Assembly (NCBI RefSeq): GCF_006345805.1
Contig: NC_043001.1
Span: 69,998,001 to 70,062,000 of the forward strand
From: Octopus sinensis
Lineage: Eukaryota
Reading direction: 5' to 3'
DNA: 64,000 nt
Position numbers and translations under genes: made by a program. This document shows, piece after piece, positions 52,430-64,000 of the stretch (the stretch's first letter is position 1; each line of letters begins with the position of its first letter). The notes under the pieces were generated by a model, which was not told where the DNA came from, made no database searches, and saw only the letters and a program-made list of their open reading frames with translations.

Positions 52430-53405
52430 GTTTTAAAATTCGGCACAAGGCCAGCTATTTCGATGTATAGGGTAAAGCGATTACTTCGATCCCAGTGCTC
52501 AAATGGTACTTATTTTATCGATCTTAACCCCTTGACGCCGGTATTATCCGAAGCATACGAGTCACTGCTCCGTTTTGTTTTTATCGAATAAGGCCACAGA
52601 AACACACAAGTGCCATTTACATCTACCATTTTATGAAAACGAACTATGTGAAACTATTTATCATAATATGATATGCACAAGTTATTCTGCTAAAATTTAA
52701 AAAAATAGCTTGTGTGTGTTACAACTCTAAACACGGTATTATGCAAAGGGACACATCACAGCTCGGGCTACGATATCTGGTTTCGCGCCTACGGTGGTGT
52801 GAGGTGCATACAACACATTTGCACGCCGGATTCTGCTTTTTTTCCGTTGGTGGTATGAAACGCGGGAAATGTCCTCGTCGGCTCAGAAGCCGGTTTGGAG
52901 TCGGTCGGGCGTGAGGAAGTCCAGGCGTTCGGTAGTTGGACAGCTCGGATACTTCGATAATTTCATTTATCGGACGCGATGACGAGCGTAAATTCGCTGA
53001 TGGAGGACCGAAGCGCGAACGTAGAACTTGTAATTGATTTGAAGACATTTTGAATTCTGATGCGTTTTCGCTGGATACCGTTATTTTTATACCTCCTGTA
53101 CCAATGCATATGCATGGAAAGTATCCGCATGTCATTGTTCTACTGCTAGTCTCATAACTTGAACGTAACCTAAAATAGCTAAGATAATGCACGGGACGGC
53201 GAGCGTGCGCACATCGAGAGATAAAGTACACGATAGCGAATGTAAACATACGTCAGCCGCTAAAAATCCGTGATAGATGTAGGGCAGCTCTACATCGTAT
53301 ATTTACGTTAGCCGCAGGTAGGCAAGCAAAAGTGTGATCGCATATTTGCGTCAACCGTTGTCAAGGGGTTAAAAAGATAAAAGGGTAAGTCGATCCCAGC
53401 AGCAT
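52430..53405 (-). mobile_element. SINE family 4 copy interrupted by a piggyBac insertion
   Basis: GGTACTTATTTTATCGATC-TTAA-[piggyBac]-TTAA-AAAGATAAAAGGGTAAGTCGATCC rejoins into the family 4 central domain. Confidence 0.6.
52528..53368 (-). mobile_element. piggyBac internal-deletion derivative (841 bp) with TTAA TSDs
   Basis: TTAA|CCCCTTGAC ... GTCAAGGGG|TTAA. The minus ORF ends in the piggyBac C-terminal Cys-rich domain RGHFPRFIPPTEKK.NPACKCVVC...RRETRYRSPSCDVSLCIIPC. No DDD core present. Confidence 0.9.
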
Positions 53406-53589
53406 ATATCTAATACTGAAATATCTTTGTTAATTATATATATTGTGAGCTACAGCATCTGTTGAGTAATCCAATTAACACTATAAAACTGTGTAGTGTA
53501 ATGAGACTTTATTGCATTAATTTATTTCCCGTGCGCTTGTTTCTCATTTTTGTATAAACGTTTATCTTTTACTTTTTCCAATCATTAGA

Positions 53590-53890
53590 CTTGAAGGGAT
53601 TTAGTCGAAAGATTCGAAGCTAATACTTAAGTTTAAGTTTGTACTTATATTTTTGGTATATTTTGATGCACCGACTGGGTGAACGGACGAAAACGAACAA
53701 ACACCGGTTGTCGGGTATTAGTGGTGGACAAGTACAAACACAAAAACACGCGCATAGATACATGCACATACACCCGGTTGAGAAGCAAACGGCTACGACT
53801 GAGATTATATATTCTACTATTGTGCATCGGCAGGAAATCGAAACTTGGCCTCTCACGTGGCAGAGGAGCATTAAACCACTGCCCTACATT
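53590..53890 (-). mobile_element. SINE with tRNA-Gly(GCC)-like head and family-1-like body/tail
   Basis: The body (GTGTTT..GACAACCGGTG..AAGTAC..TTCGACTAAA) resembles family 1, but the head differs. Confidence 0.55.
53823..53890 (-). pseudogene. tRNA-Gly(GCC)-derived sequence (SINE head), not a functional tRNA
   Basis: CAGTGGTTTAATGCTCCTCTGCCACGTGAGAGGCCAAGTTTCGATTTCCTGCCGATGCA aligns with canonical eukaryotic tRNA-Gly-GCC (CAGTGGTAGAATTCTCGCCTGCCACGCGGGAGGCCCGGGTTCGATTCCCGGCCAATGCA). The 5' acceptor strand is missing. Confidence 0.65.
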
Positions 53891-54025
53891 AGTAGGACAG
53901 TGGTTGTAAACAAGATTGACGATCTCCTGTTCCATTTGCCGGATTTTTTTTTTTTTGTGTGTATGACAACGTAATATGTGTATGTGCTTTTATATACTCG
54001 TATGTAAATCTGTGCTGATATCTAA

Positions 54026-54246
54026 CCCTTTAGCATTTAAACCGGTCATATCTGTCAAAACATATTCTACTTCTTTCATGTTTAAATTGGCTAAATACAG
54101 CCTCTCACATTTATGCTACACTGTCATCCTAAAAATAAACTATCATATCATCGAAATCTCGAAGCTATAAGATAAGGCATAATTAATTCAAAACAATGGA
54201 AATAAATAAGCATTACATTTGACAGATCAATCTGAATGTTAAGGGG
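54026..54246. mobile_element. piggyBac-type MITE (~220 bp)
   Basis: (C)TAA|CCCTTTAGCATT ... AATGTTAAGGGG|TTAA: imperfect TIRs with TTAA-like TSDs. Confidence 0.7.
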
Positions 54247-54657
54247 TTAATAAAGTTGAATGATTGTGTAGATAAAGGATAATATTTTCCTATATAATAG
54301 TATACCATAAATCTACCAATATGTCGCAATGTGTATAATTGGTTATTATAATTACCAGAAGATAGATAGCTCAATGTAGCATTATTCCTGAGAAAAAAAA
54401 TACACAAGAAAATGTGTATGTTATAGTCTATTTATAACAAGATGTTCATGGAAAGTGAGACGCTTTAACACACCAAACTAGAAATTTTAGCTGCCATAGC
54501 TAAAATGCCGAGCAAGCAAATAAGGGACACATTTGTATCTGTATTTATAGGTCCTTGTTTCCGCATTGGAGAATACGTGGAGTTTATATTGCGTGAGTTG
54601 CGAGCCATATCTACTCATTTCTACCATATTAGAAATATACATGCAGGCACACACAAA

Positions 54658-55054
54658 TCTTTATATATAAAAGTGAGGTTGTGTGCTGTCTGTCTCCTAC
54701 GATCTAGATTCCTAACTACTCCCACATTTTGCGGTGCAGTTTAACCAAAACCGGGTATCTTATAGTCGTGATCCATATCGAGCCCTTCTGGGTATTAACG
54801 CGCGTCTACGATGAGTCTACGATTTAAAAAAAAATTTACCATCAATTTTTCCCATTTTTAATGCATTTTTGGCATATATAAGAGAAGTAACTCTCTAAAA
54901 ATTTATTATTAAATCTCAGAACGTAAAAAGCTACAGTAACACCGCCCCCTTTGTGGTTAGCCATATTGAGATGGCTATTATACTTTACAGCTCTAAAAAT
55001 GCTTATATAGTTATTTCCCTTACAAACCCGAGCAACGCCGGGCGATACTGCTAG
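54658..55054 (+). mobile_element. Non-autonomous Helitron (~400 bp)
   Basis: Starts A|TCTTTATATATAAAAG, ends with the hairpin CCCG-AGCAACGC-CGGG then CGATACTG-CTAG|T: 5' TC, 3' CTAG, inserted at an AT dinucleotide with no TSD. Confidence 0.85.
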
Positions 55055-55699
55055 TTTAGTTATAAATCCCTTTCTCTCGGAAAATTTCTTAATGATTTAC
55101 TACGTTGTGCAAGCGCGTTCCAGTACTGTAATACTTTCTGAGGATGAAAATTTAAGTTGTTCACGTCTAATACCAGCAGTTGTTAAATGATATGTATGTG
55201 TGTTCGGATAAGTGTGTATGTATGTATGCATCTATGTATGTATGTTTGTATGTATGTATGTATGTTTGTTTTTGTGTATGTATGTATGTATGTATATATG
55301 TGTGTGTGTATGTATGTATGTATGTATGTATGTATGTATGTATGTATGTATGCATGCCATTTTATTCAGTTTTATTCATGATACGTGTCCATAAATGTAA
55401 ATATGTCACTTTAAGACAATCACATCAAATTAAGATAATAACTAAAATTTCCAAGACAAATTCATTTCTTTCACAAATCAAACCCTTTTTGTAATTATTT
55501 ATTTACTTTTTACTATGTTTTGCTAATATAACTATATTTCCATTGAAGTGTTCTTAAAGCAATTTCGATGTTTAGATAAGTAAATCCTGCATACATCTCC
55601 ACATCTCTTTACTCTGATGCTATTAATCTAATATGTTTCGCCTATTTATTTCTCTTACTCACTCTCACACGCATCCTGAAAGTTGTAACATTGTTGTTA

Positions 55700-56200
55700 T
55701 ATATTTGGAAAATTAGATAATATCACATATCGACATTACACACATTTCTGCAAACACTATCACAGGATAATCTTGAAAGAAATTCGATTATTGGGCATCC
55801 TTTAAGGAACAATTATTACTCAATGTCCATTGAGATTGTATTATTGATCATTTCTTTCAGCATCTTTTTAACAATACGTCAAAGAAGGAATAAAACTTTA
55901 ATCAACATTCGGCATAGTGATATAGTGATATCTTTAGGTGAAATACTATCTAACAAACGATCTACTGCAACAATGCTAAGCTAATTGGGAGAAATACCGA
56001 ATTATAATTTCGTTGAAAACTAATGTTTTCAGTGATAACCCGCAGTCCACGCAAATCTTTAGAATCTTCCTTTCAATATGTATACTGAAACAGTTTATAT
56101 GGTGAAAACAAACTGAATATCCTATCGCTACTGGCGTTACAATACGTGACAAGATCATTTGTAATTAAATCAGGCAGAATATCGGATCAGGAAATCAATG
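55700..56200 (-). mobile_element. Possible very old PLE RT/thumb remnant
   Basis: Patchy minus-strand motifs (ILKICVDCGLS, LSRLSCD) resemble the thumb of the 9745 element. Weak. Confidence 0.3.
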
Positions 56201-56849
56201 AAGCTAAGCAAATTGAAGCACAATACAGAAAATATTTATACAAACACGGAAATAGGTGTATACAAATAACTGAAGTAGTAATATTGTGTTTAAACAAGTG
56301 TGTGATTAGTCAAAGCAAAATGTTTAACTTCGTTAAGTAGTGAAATATTCGAAAGAACAGACGAATTATAGCCAGTAGCATGATAATAAATATGTACCAT
56401 GGATAACTCCATCGGAAAGCTGAAAAACGGAACCAGGAACTTTTCTCACTTAGTTAAAGCTATCGTAATTCTCTCAAACTCTTATAATATATTTCTTACT
56501 GATGTGTTTGTATGATCGTTGAAGATATATTGTATTTATTGTTTCTAATCGATCTTAATGTGGAGGTTTCCGCTTCTAACTTTTAAATAAGAGATTCTTA
56601 AATCAAAGGGTGATTAAAAATTAACAGTTCTCTAGAATATCAGTTAAAAATACATTGAGAATGTTCTAAAAGTTAGACAAACAACATTGTATATATTCCA
56701 TGTATACATACAGATATACATACATACATGCATAAATGTGTATGTGTATGCCTTGTGTGTAAGCACGCACGTACTCACAGACATATATCCACATACATAC
56801 ATGCAGAGATACAGACACACAAACACACATATACATGATATGAATATAT

Positions 56850-56925
56850 ATAGATAGATAGATAGGTAGGTAGATAGATAGACAGATAGATAAATAGATA
56901 GATAGATAAATAGATAGATAGATAA

Positions 56926-56993
<68 letters not shown>

Positions 56994-57255
56994 ATAGATA
57001 AATAGATAAATAGAGATAGAGATTGATAGATGGACAGATTGATACATGTAGATATATTTATATGTACATATTAATATATGTATATATATATATATATGTA
57101 TGTATGTATATGTATACATATACATATATGCATATAGGGATATATAAATATTTATATTCATATATATATATACACACGCGAGTGCCCTCACACACACATA
57201 CACACACACACACACGCACATACACACATACATACACACAGACACACACACACGC

Positions 57256-57332
<77 letters not shown>
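56850..57332. repeat. (TAGA)n/(TA)n/(CA)n microsatellite complex
   Basis: Directly visible. Confidence 0.96.
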
Positions 57333-57334
<2 letters not shown>

Positions 57335-58792
57335 AACACGCCTGCAGTTAGTACCCGTCAACATGCGGATTGGATCAAAGTTGCGTTGTTGTACCTACAC
57401 CTCTGGTTATACTTTTTGTAAACAATTTTTAACCACCTCCTGGAAATTAAGGTGTTAACGTTAGGTAACGTTTTTAAGTAGATAATTGAAACAGAAGCTG
57501 AATGTGGTCTTATCGATTTACCAACAGCTAAATCATCTCAGAACTTTAACCTGCAGAGAACTTCATTTCTTTCTGTCACACACACAGAATCAGTCGACAA
57601 CTTCACCAGTGCATATGAAGTTTTGGATCTGACATTCCATATCCAAAAGTCCCAGTTCCTCGGAAAACTCACTCTGAAAATCGGCCTTTCTGGAACAAAT
57701 AAATAACGTTGCATATCACGGAGGTTTTCTTCCCAACGAATGCATTTTACAAAAAATGTGCAACACATACACACAAACACACAATATTTGTTAGGTGAAG
57801 GCAACCAAGCTGAATCTAAGAAATTGCTGTCAACCTTGTTCCTAGAAAATAAAATATGCGATATATCGCTTCGAAGCTCCAGAAGGTAATTCAGTTAATG
57901 ATTATTTATATTTTGTATCTCTGTACATGGGCACAAATTCACTCACATACTCACACACCCACACACACCCACACTTACACACACTTCCATCCAGCCATCC
58001 AGTAATCCAGCCATCAACTCATACATACATACATGCATACACACACATATATACATACATTCATACATACATACATACATACATACATACATACATACAT
58101 ACGTACATACGTATGGACAAGTACTTCGAAATCCCAGTTGCTATGTCTAGATTATAAATTCACATCTGTACCAATAATAATTGGTACACATGCTTTTTTG
58201 TGTTTGATGCCTAAGTGATAATCTGCATAACCTAGGGTCTACAGAAAAAGAAATCAATCAAGTAACTCTCATTACAAATACAATTTATAAGTAGACCAGT
58301 CAAAATATACAACATTTTTCTCAAGTTCAAAATGTGACTATGTCTAAATCCAACGATTGAGCTTTGTATCTTTTCTAAAAAACAGCTCCTTCGAAGTGGA
58401 AATATTTAATAATTAAAACAGAAGATTGCATACATACAACACACAGCATAATAATTCAATTACTGCAAGAGGTTCTGATGTTGATAAGCATTCTTGAAGC
58501 ATTACTAATCTCAAGAAACACAGTTGCCTCCTGTTAAATCACTTGTCCATTGTATTTTAATGGTTATATCCCGAGTAGAACGATAAAAGCATCACATTTG
58601 CTTTACAGCTCTAATGCCGTCTTTCTTTACTCCATTTGTTTCTCTTTATTAAAAAAACGCTGTTGCTATAGCCTTTGTCTTTTGTTTCGATCTTTAGACT
58701 GCGGCCATTCTGGATCAGTTCTTTTAGAGTTGTAGTTGAAAAAGTTACACCCGGAGCTAATGTGTTTTTACTGATAGTATTATATATATATA

Positions 58793-58830
<38 letters not shown>

Positions 58831-58911
58831 TAATATGGGATGAAGATTTAACAGAAAAAAAATTCCATCAAAAAATGTGGCAGCATAATAAAATACCTTT
58901 ACGGTTAAAAT

Positions 58912-59490
58912 TATAAACAACTTATAAATAAGGGCTAAAGAAAATTATTTCTATACCAATATGCTGATAACAGACTTTTAAATCAAAAATTTCCACATAT
59001 TATTTACTCGCTACAGAAAACACGAAGAGCTGAAATCGAGGAAAGCCGGCCAATAGAATTTTTAAAAAACTTCATCCTATATTAGTAGTAGACTTATTAC
59101 TATTAGCTATAGGGACTGGTAACCTCTATAACCTGTAGTGGAGAACAGTTCACACGTGTGCTGAGGCTGATCAAAGGATTTTACTTTTAGATATACCTGG
59201 GGTACTTATATGTACTCATGATTTTTGCTTCGATTTTTTTCCATGGGCGCATGTAAGTATCTTATTTATATCTTTTCGTATTTTCTACTGGAAAAAATCT
59301 ATTATGAGATTAATTCCGAAATTGATTCAATATAGAAATAACGAATTCTTTTTTTAAAATTCTATTGGCCGGCTTTCTTCGATTTCATCTCTTCGTGTTT
59401 TCTGTAGCGAGTGAATAATATGTGGAAATTGGTGATTATCAGCATATTGGCATAGAAATAATTTTCTTTAGCCCTTATTTATAAGTTGTT

Positions 59491-59494
<4 letters not shown>
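58912..59494. mobile_element. Foldback/MITE with ~150-bp terminal inverted repeats
   Basis: 58912-59069 is the reverse complement of 59349-59494 (AACAACTTATAAATAAGGGCTAAAGAAAATTATTTCTAT..CTCGCTACAGAAAACACGAAGAG.TGAAATCGA.GAAAGCCGGCCAATAGAATTTT), with one indel block. TA at both ends. Confidence 0.88.
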
Positions 59495-59527
<33 letters not shown>

Positions 59528-60625
59528 TGTGTGTGTGTGTGTGTGTGTGTGTGTTTCCTGCCAATATAAGCAAAACACAAATCCTGGCAGACACACAATT
59601 TGAAAGAGTACCTTTGATGCAAATCTGAAGATTTACCACTTTGATGCAGAAATCCGTATATATTGCGTAAATCTTCACTTGGTACTATTACCTGAACTGG
59701 CGTTGAAAATAGAGTTGGCACAAAAGCTATTGTAAATGGCCATTAAAGATGTGATACAATCTTTCTTTGTGTCCTTATTTCAATTATATTTTATTCTTCG
59801 CTAAACATATACAATAAATTTCCTGTTGTGACACACGGAAGTGCATATAGCCTAAAGCTCGGGTTCAGTGCCGCATTGGAAAAATCCCATCTGTCTACCT
59901 TTAATGAAGAAATCTGTATATGTATGTATGTATATATGTATGAGTGGATATACATGTGCGTGTGTGGGTGGGTGGAGGTGCTGTATGTGTGTATGGTTCC
60001 ATGTATATGAGTATGTTTGTTCAGTATGTACATATGGATGTATGAAAACTTTTACTGAACACGAAGTATGACACCATGTTATGAGCTATGAAAATAACAA
60101 TAATCACTTTCAACAGATTCTACTTATGATCAGTATTGGAAATAACAAGAAAAGGAATGTAATATTTGGTGACTTATATCAGAAAGCAACTGTATATCCG
60201 ACTTAGAAGCATATGAAATAGCCCTTAACAAATTGTAGCTGCTAGATATTTCATTCTCTAAGTCGAGCCAATCCTGGTAACAACTTTGTATTCGTACAAT
60301 ATATTTAGTTCGTAAGATGATTGATATATTTATATATGATAAGGAACACAGCAAAGTACCACTAAGAGATTTATTTGACTGCGTACAAAATATACATTTG
60401 TTTAACACCGTAAAATGTTTTCCAGGTATACATGCTGTCCTCAAATAACTCTTAAAATCGAAATGCACTCTTCAAAACTTGTACTAAGAATAATATCAAA
60501 GTAAGATTACTACCTGGTTTTATAGCAAGTTGATGCGAGTAGTTTATCTCGTCCCCCTCCGACTTTTAGTACATGCAATTGAAAAAAAACCCACATTAGT
60601 TATGGGATGACCCAATATATGAGTA

Positions 60626-60851
60626 TACTCTTTTACTACTTTTACTTGTTTCAGTCATTTGACTGCCGCCATGCTGGATCACCGCCTTTAGTCGAATAAA
60701 TCACCCCCAGGAGTTAATCTTTGTAAGCCTAGTACTTACTCTACCTGTCTCTTTTGCCAAAGGTTTAGCGGACGTAAACACATCAACATCGATTGTGAAG
60801 AGATGGTGGCGTGGAACAAACACAGACACATGAATACATACATATATACAT

Positions 60852-60896
<45 letters not shown>

Positions 60897-60928
60897 ATAT
60901 ATATATAATATATATATATATATTACGG

Positions 60929-60970
<42 letters not shown>

Positions 60971-61082
60971 TATATATACATTCAGTTTCCATCTGCCAAA
61001 TCCACTCACAAGGCCTGGGGCTATAGCAGAAGACATTTTCCCAAAGTGCCACGCAGTGTTACTGAAACCGGAACCATGTGGA
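60626..61082 (-). mobile_element. SINE family 1 with expanded internal (TA)n
   Basis: Reverse complement of the 37011 copy, from the tail (TTACTTGTTTCAGTCATTTGACTG) to the head (GGAACCATGTGG). Confidence 0.88.
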
Positions 61083-62456
61083 ACAACACACCAACTCCTG
61101 CACTTATATACTGTGGGAGGGAGTTCCATGCACAGATTTGCACTTACAGGGTATGTATCCACCTCTACCGAAAATGCCCCCACAACAATATGTCGCTATT
61201 GAGTAAAAATTTGTGCCTTCATACACGACATTGGAATTCGTATTGTAACATATATCGATTAGACAAGTGTTTTTATTTCCATTAAATTTGAGAATTATAC
61301 ATGGAAGAAACTTAATACTCACCAATAAATAAAATTCTCCATAAACGATTAAGTGGTCTTTCATACTTGCATTGAATCAGGTTTCAAATGCCAATGATGT
61401 CCAATCTGCATTTTGTCATTTCACAGGGGACAAAATGTACAAATCCAAGATGGTGTACTGGCAAAAACTGAACGAAATTTGAACCGGATGCCCTATGGTA
61501 TCTATTCTGGTTCTTCGTGTGCTGATTTGAAATCACACCACTTGGCCTACTTGTGTATTAGTCATAATTTGTCAACTATTTTAGCACCACCACCAACACC
61601 ACCATCTGGAGTCTTGGCTGTTTTAGCAGCTCCAGACATTTTGCTATATTTTCGTCCTGATTTTTAGTTTGAGATTAACTTTCTTCCTCCCAATTCTCGG
61701 ATGCCGTTGACGTAGGTTTCTCTTTGACTAAAAGATAAACTTGCACTATTAATTAGCTACAGACAAGTAAGTTTAATAATACATGGACCTGTTTTACAAA
61801 GTATACATGTGAGTGTCAATAACAAAATACTTGCCGAATTATATAAAAAATATCTAATACTTCCCAAACCAACAGCCCCAATTGTGGTTTTAACAATATT
61901 TCTTATGTAACAAAGCGTATATCTCAATCTCACCGCATCTGAAATTTCATGAACGATGTTTCATGGAGATCAGTTCACTCATTGTGATACAGTTGTACAA
62001 GTACATAAGATATGCATCAGTCACCCACAAACCTGGCTCTAGAAACAACACTCTAAACGTAACATCTATCAAATTCATAATATTTTGCCATAAATGGAGA
62101 AGCAGAAATAAAGAATTATACGTTATCTGCAAAAATTATTGCTAAACTACTTTGAAATGGAGCGCACTCTACCGTTTTTAAGATGCAGAAGCATATTATA
62201 TACACAAATCACTGTATCTCTGGATTTAATCAAATAGATTGATTTATATATTCTATATATGAGCAGTCAGGATTGATATATGGAAAAGCAAGAAAATTAA
62301 TACTTTATATATGTAATTACATTGTAAGAAATCATTTTCATCTTTACAAATGCTATCTTCTTACTGCTTGGTTCAGGGTAAGTATGAATATGTAATTGTT
62401 TTGTGAAATTGTATTTACGTATATTTTGTGAGTATGTATTCATATATGTATAAATA

Positions 62457-63382
62457 CGAGGGGAAGTCAAAAATTATCCGCACTTTCGCCATAACATAGC
62501 ACATTGGCTTCTGCGCATGCGCACTTATAGTCGGTACTGTTGTGGTCATATGATCGAAGTTTGAGCCTGATTACGCCATTTTTCTTCCAGTGAGGGTAAT
62601 GGTGAACCAGTGAGCTATCATGGCTCTGCCTATCAAACCATCCACGATGAGTTCCGCTTCCATAGACTCTGTGCAAGACAGGTGCCAAGAGATCTTACTG
62701 CATAGCAAAAGCGCAAACGTCACGAGATCTGCCAACGTTTATTCGATCGCTACAACAATGAGGCGGAGTAACTTTTGAGCAGAATAGTCACTGGAGATGA
62801 AACGTGGGTGTATCGTTATGAGGCAAAATCCGAAAGACAGAGTATGGTGTATAAACATCATGGCTCGCCAGCGCGAAGAAATTCAAGACTCAGTCTTCTG
62901 CGAGAAAGGAGAAGCTAACTCTTTTTTGGAGATTCAAAACGGCCATACTAAAGACTCCCTGGAAAAAAGGTACGATCAACAGTGCAAGATACAGCACATT
63001 GCTACTGGCCAACAAAAAGAAGCGAGCAATTCACACCATATGCTAAAACCTATTGTGGAAAAACGTTTTGTTGTTGTACGACAACGCACGCTCACACACG
63101 GCCACCCAGACCATTGAAAACATTAACCAATTGTGCTAAAAGCACCCGATGTATTTCAGAACATGGCACATCACTGATCTTTCTTCTTCTTTGGTACAAA
63201 ATGCGAGTGAATCGGCCATGCTGACACTGAAAAGCGAGATAGAAAAAATGCTCCGATGAGGCTCAACCTTCGAAAACGTGACCACAATAGTATCAACTAT
63301 AAGCACGTATGAGGAGAAGGCAGTGTGACAATAATAAATGCATGTTATTGAGAAAGTGCGGATAATTTTTGACTTCCCCTCC
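62457..63382 (+). mobile_element. mariner (DD34D-type) element, internally deleted, with 30-bp TIRs
   Basis: TA|CGAGGGGAAGTCAAAAATTATCCGCACTTT ... AAAGTGCGGATAATTTTTGACTTCCCCTC. Transposase remnant VPRDLTA*QKRKRHEICQRL..RIVTGDETWVYRYE..SERQSM..KFKTQSSA, with a degenerate HPPYSPDLAP region. Confidence 0.92.
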
Positions 63383-63963
63383 GGTCATGCAAAATTAATA
63401 TTCGGTGGCCCTCTTTTCACTTTAAATAGACTCTTTGTTATGGTTTTGTATCGCAAATAAAATCACAGTTAGGACGATGGTATGCAAGACATAGTTCTAT
63501 AGAGTTTTGCCCGACATTGATTTGTCCACATCTCTAATTCATGCAAATGATTTTCACTTTGCCCTTACACTGCATGATATTTCGTCATTCATGTCACAAT
63601 TTATATTTACTATGTTTCCCAAACTAACATACTATTTTCTCCCCTCAAATTCATCACTTAGAATCATTTGTAATCTGCTATCGAGTGTCATCTAATACAA
63701 TGCCAAATAAAATATTTATAATCAGATAATCATTCAAATAAAGTATTTGTGAAAAATAATTTACTAATGAGAAAAAAAATGAGATCATGAAAGATATATA
63801 TAAAATTAATCATAGTCTTATCAATAACAGCTGTAAATTCGTCTAGAAATGATAAAAAAATAATACAATTATAGAGCATTTTGCCAAAAATATTCAGTAA
63901 CTCAAACGCCAAAGATTGTAATCTGACCTATTCAGATATACTTGTAATTAATCTAGTTGTATA

Positions 63964-63998
<35 letters not shown>

Positions 63999-64000
63999 CG

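Noticed and set aside
57551-57689. Possible minus-strand internal exon (TTCCAG| ... CAG|GTTAAA) encoding RPIFRVSFPRNWDFWIWNVRSK..
   Set aside because: The splice signals are plausible but the peptide matches no family I recognise and the donor is weak.
61413-61667. 84-aa plus-strand ORF with a PPPTPP stretch after a TTTCACAG acceptor-like site
   Set aside because: No recognisable domain, and it overlaps the putative UTR of the alternative minus-strand candidate.
63251-63280. CCGATGAGG..CCTTCGAAAAC hammerhead-like string
   Set aside because: It lies in mariner transposase coding remnant, the core is non-canonical and there is no stem I/III.

Overview
This is AT-rich eukaryotic (animal) DNA saturated with (TA)n, (CA)n, (CTAT)n, (TACA)n and trinucleotide microsatellites and decayed transposons. 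The SINE families and repeat texture suggest an octopus/coleoid cephalopod genome (inference from recall, not a database search). No host protein-coding gene, rRNA, intact tRNA or CRISPR array can be supported, and most ORFs in the supplied track are microsatellite read-throughs. Retroelements: several Penelope-like elements (PLEs) of at least two types; CR1/L2-, R4/Dong-, RTE- and L1/Tx1-type LINE fragments; and at least four tRNA-derived SINE families. DNA transposons: Tc1/mariner derivatives, a Chapaev3-like transposase pseudogene, a piggyBac deletion derivative plus a piggyBac-type MITE, a non-autonomous Helitron and a long-TIR foldback element. The most notable signal is a high density of hammerhead ribozyme (HHR) motifs. 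Three look structurally complete (11267-11359 +, 21430-21466 -, 23860-23918 -) and four are damaged (5688, 8675, 23008, 23311). Three of them sit in a ~200-bp highly structured repeat present as two tandem copies plus one inverted copy (22945-23969), resembling a retrozyme-like or pLTR-derived ribozyme element. A PLE 3' pseudo-LTR also carries a five-unit CCAAT+CRE array, a TATA box, a Kozak ATG and a splice donor.
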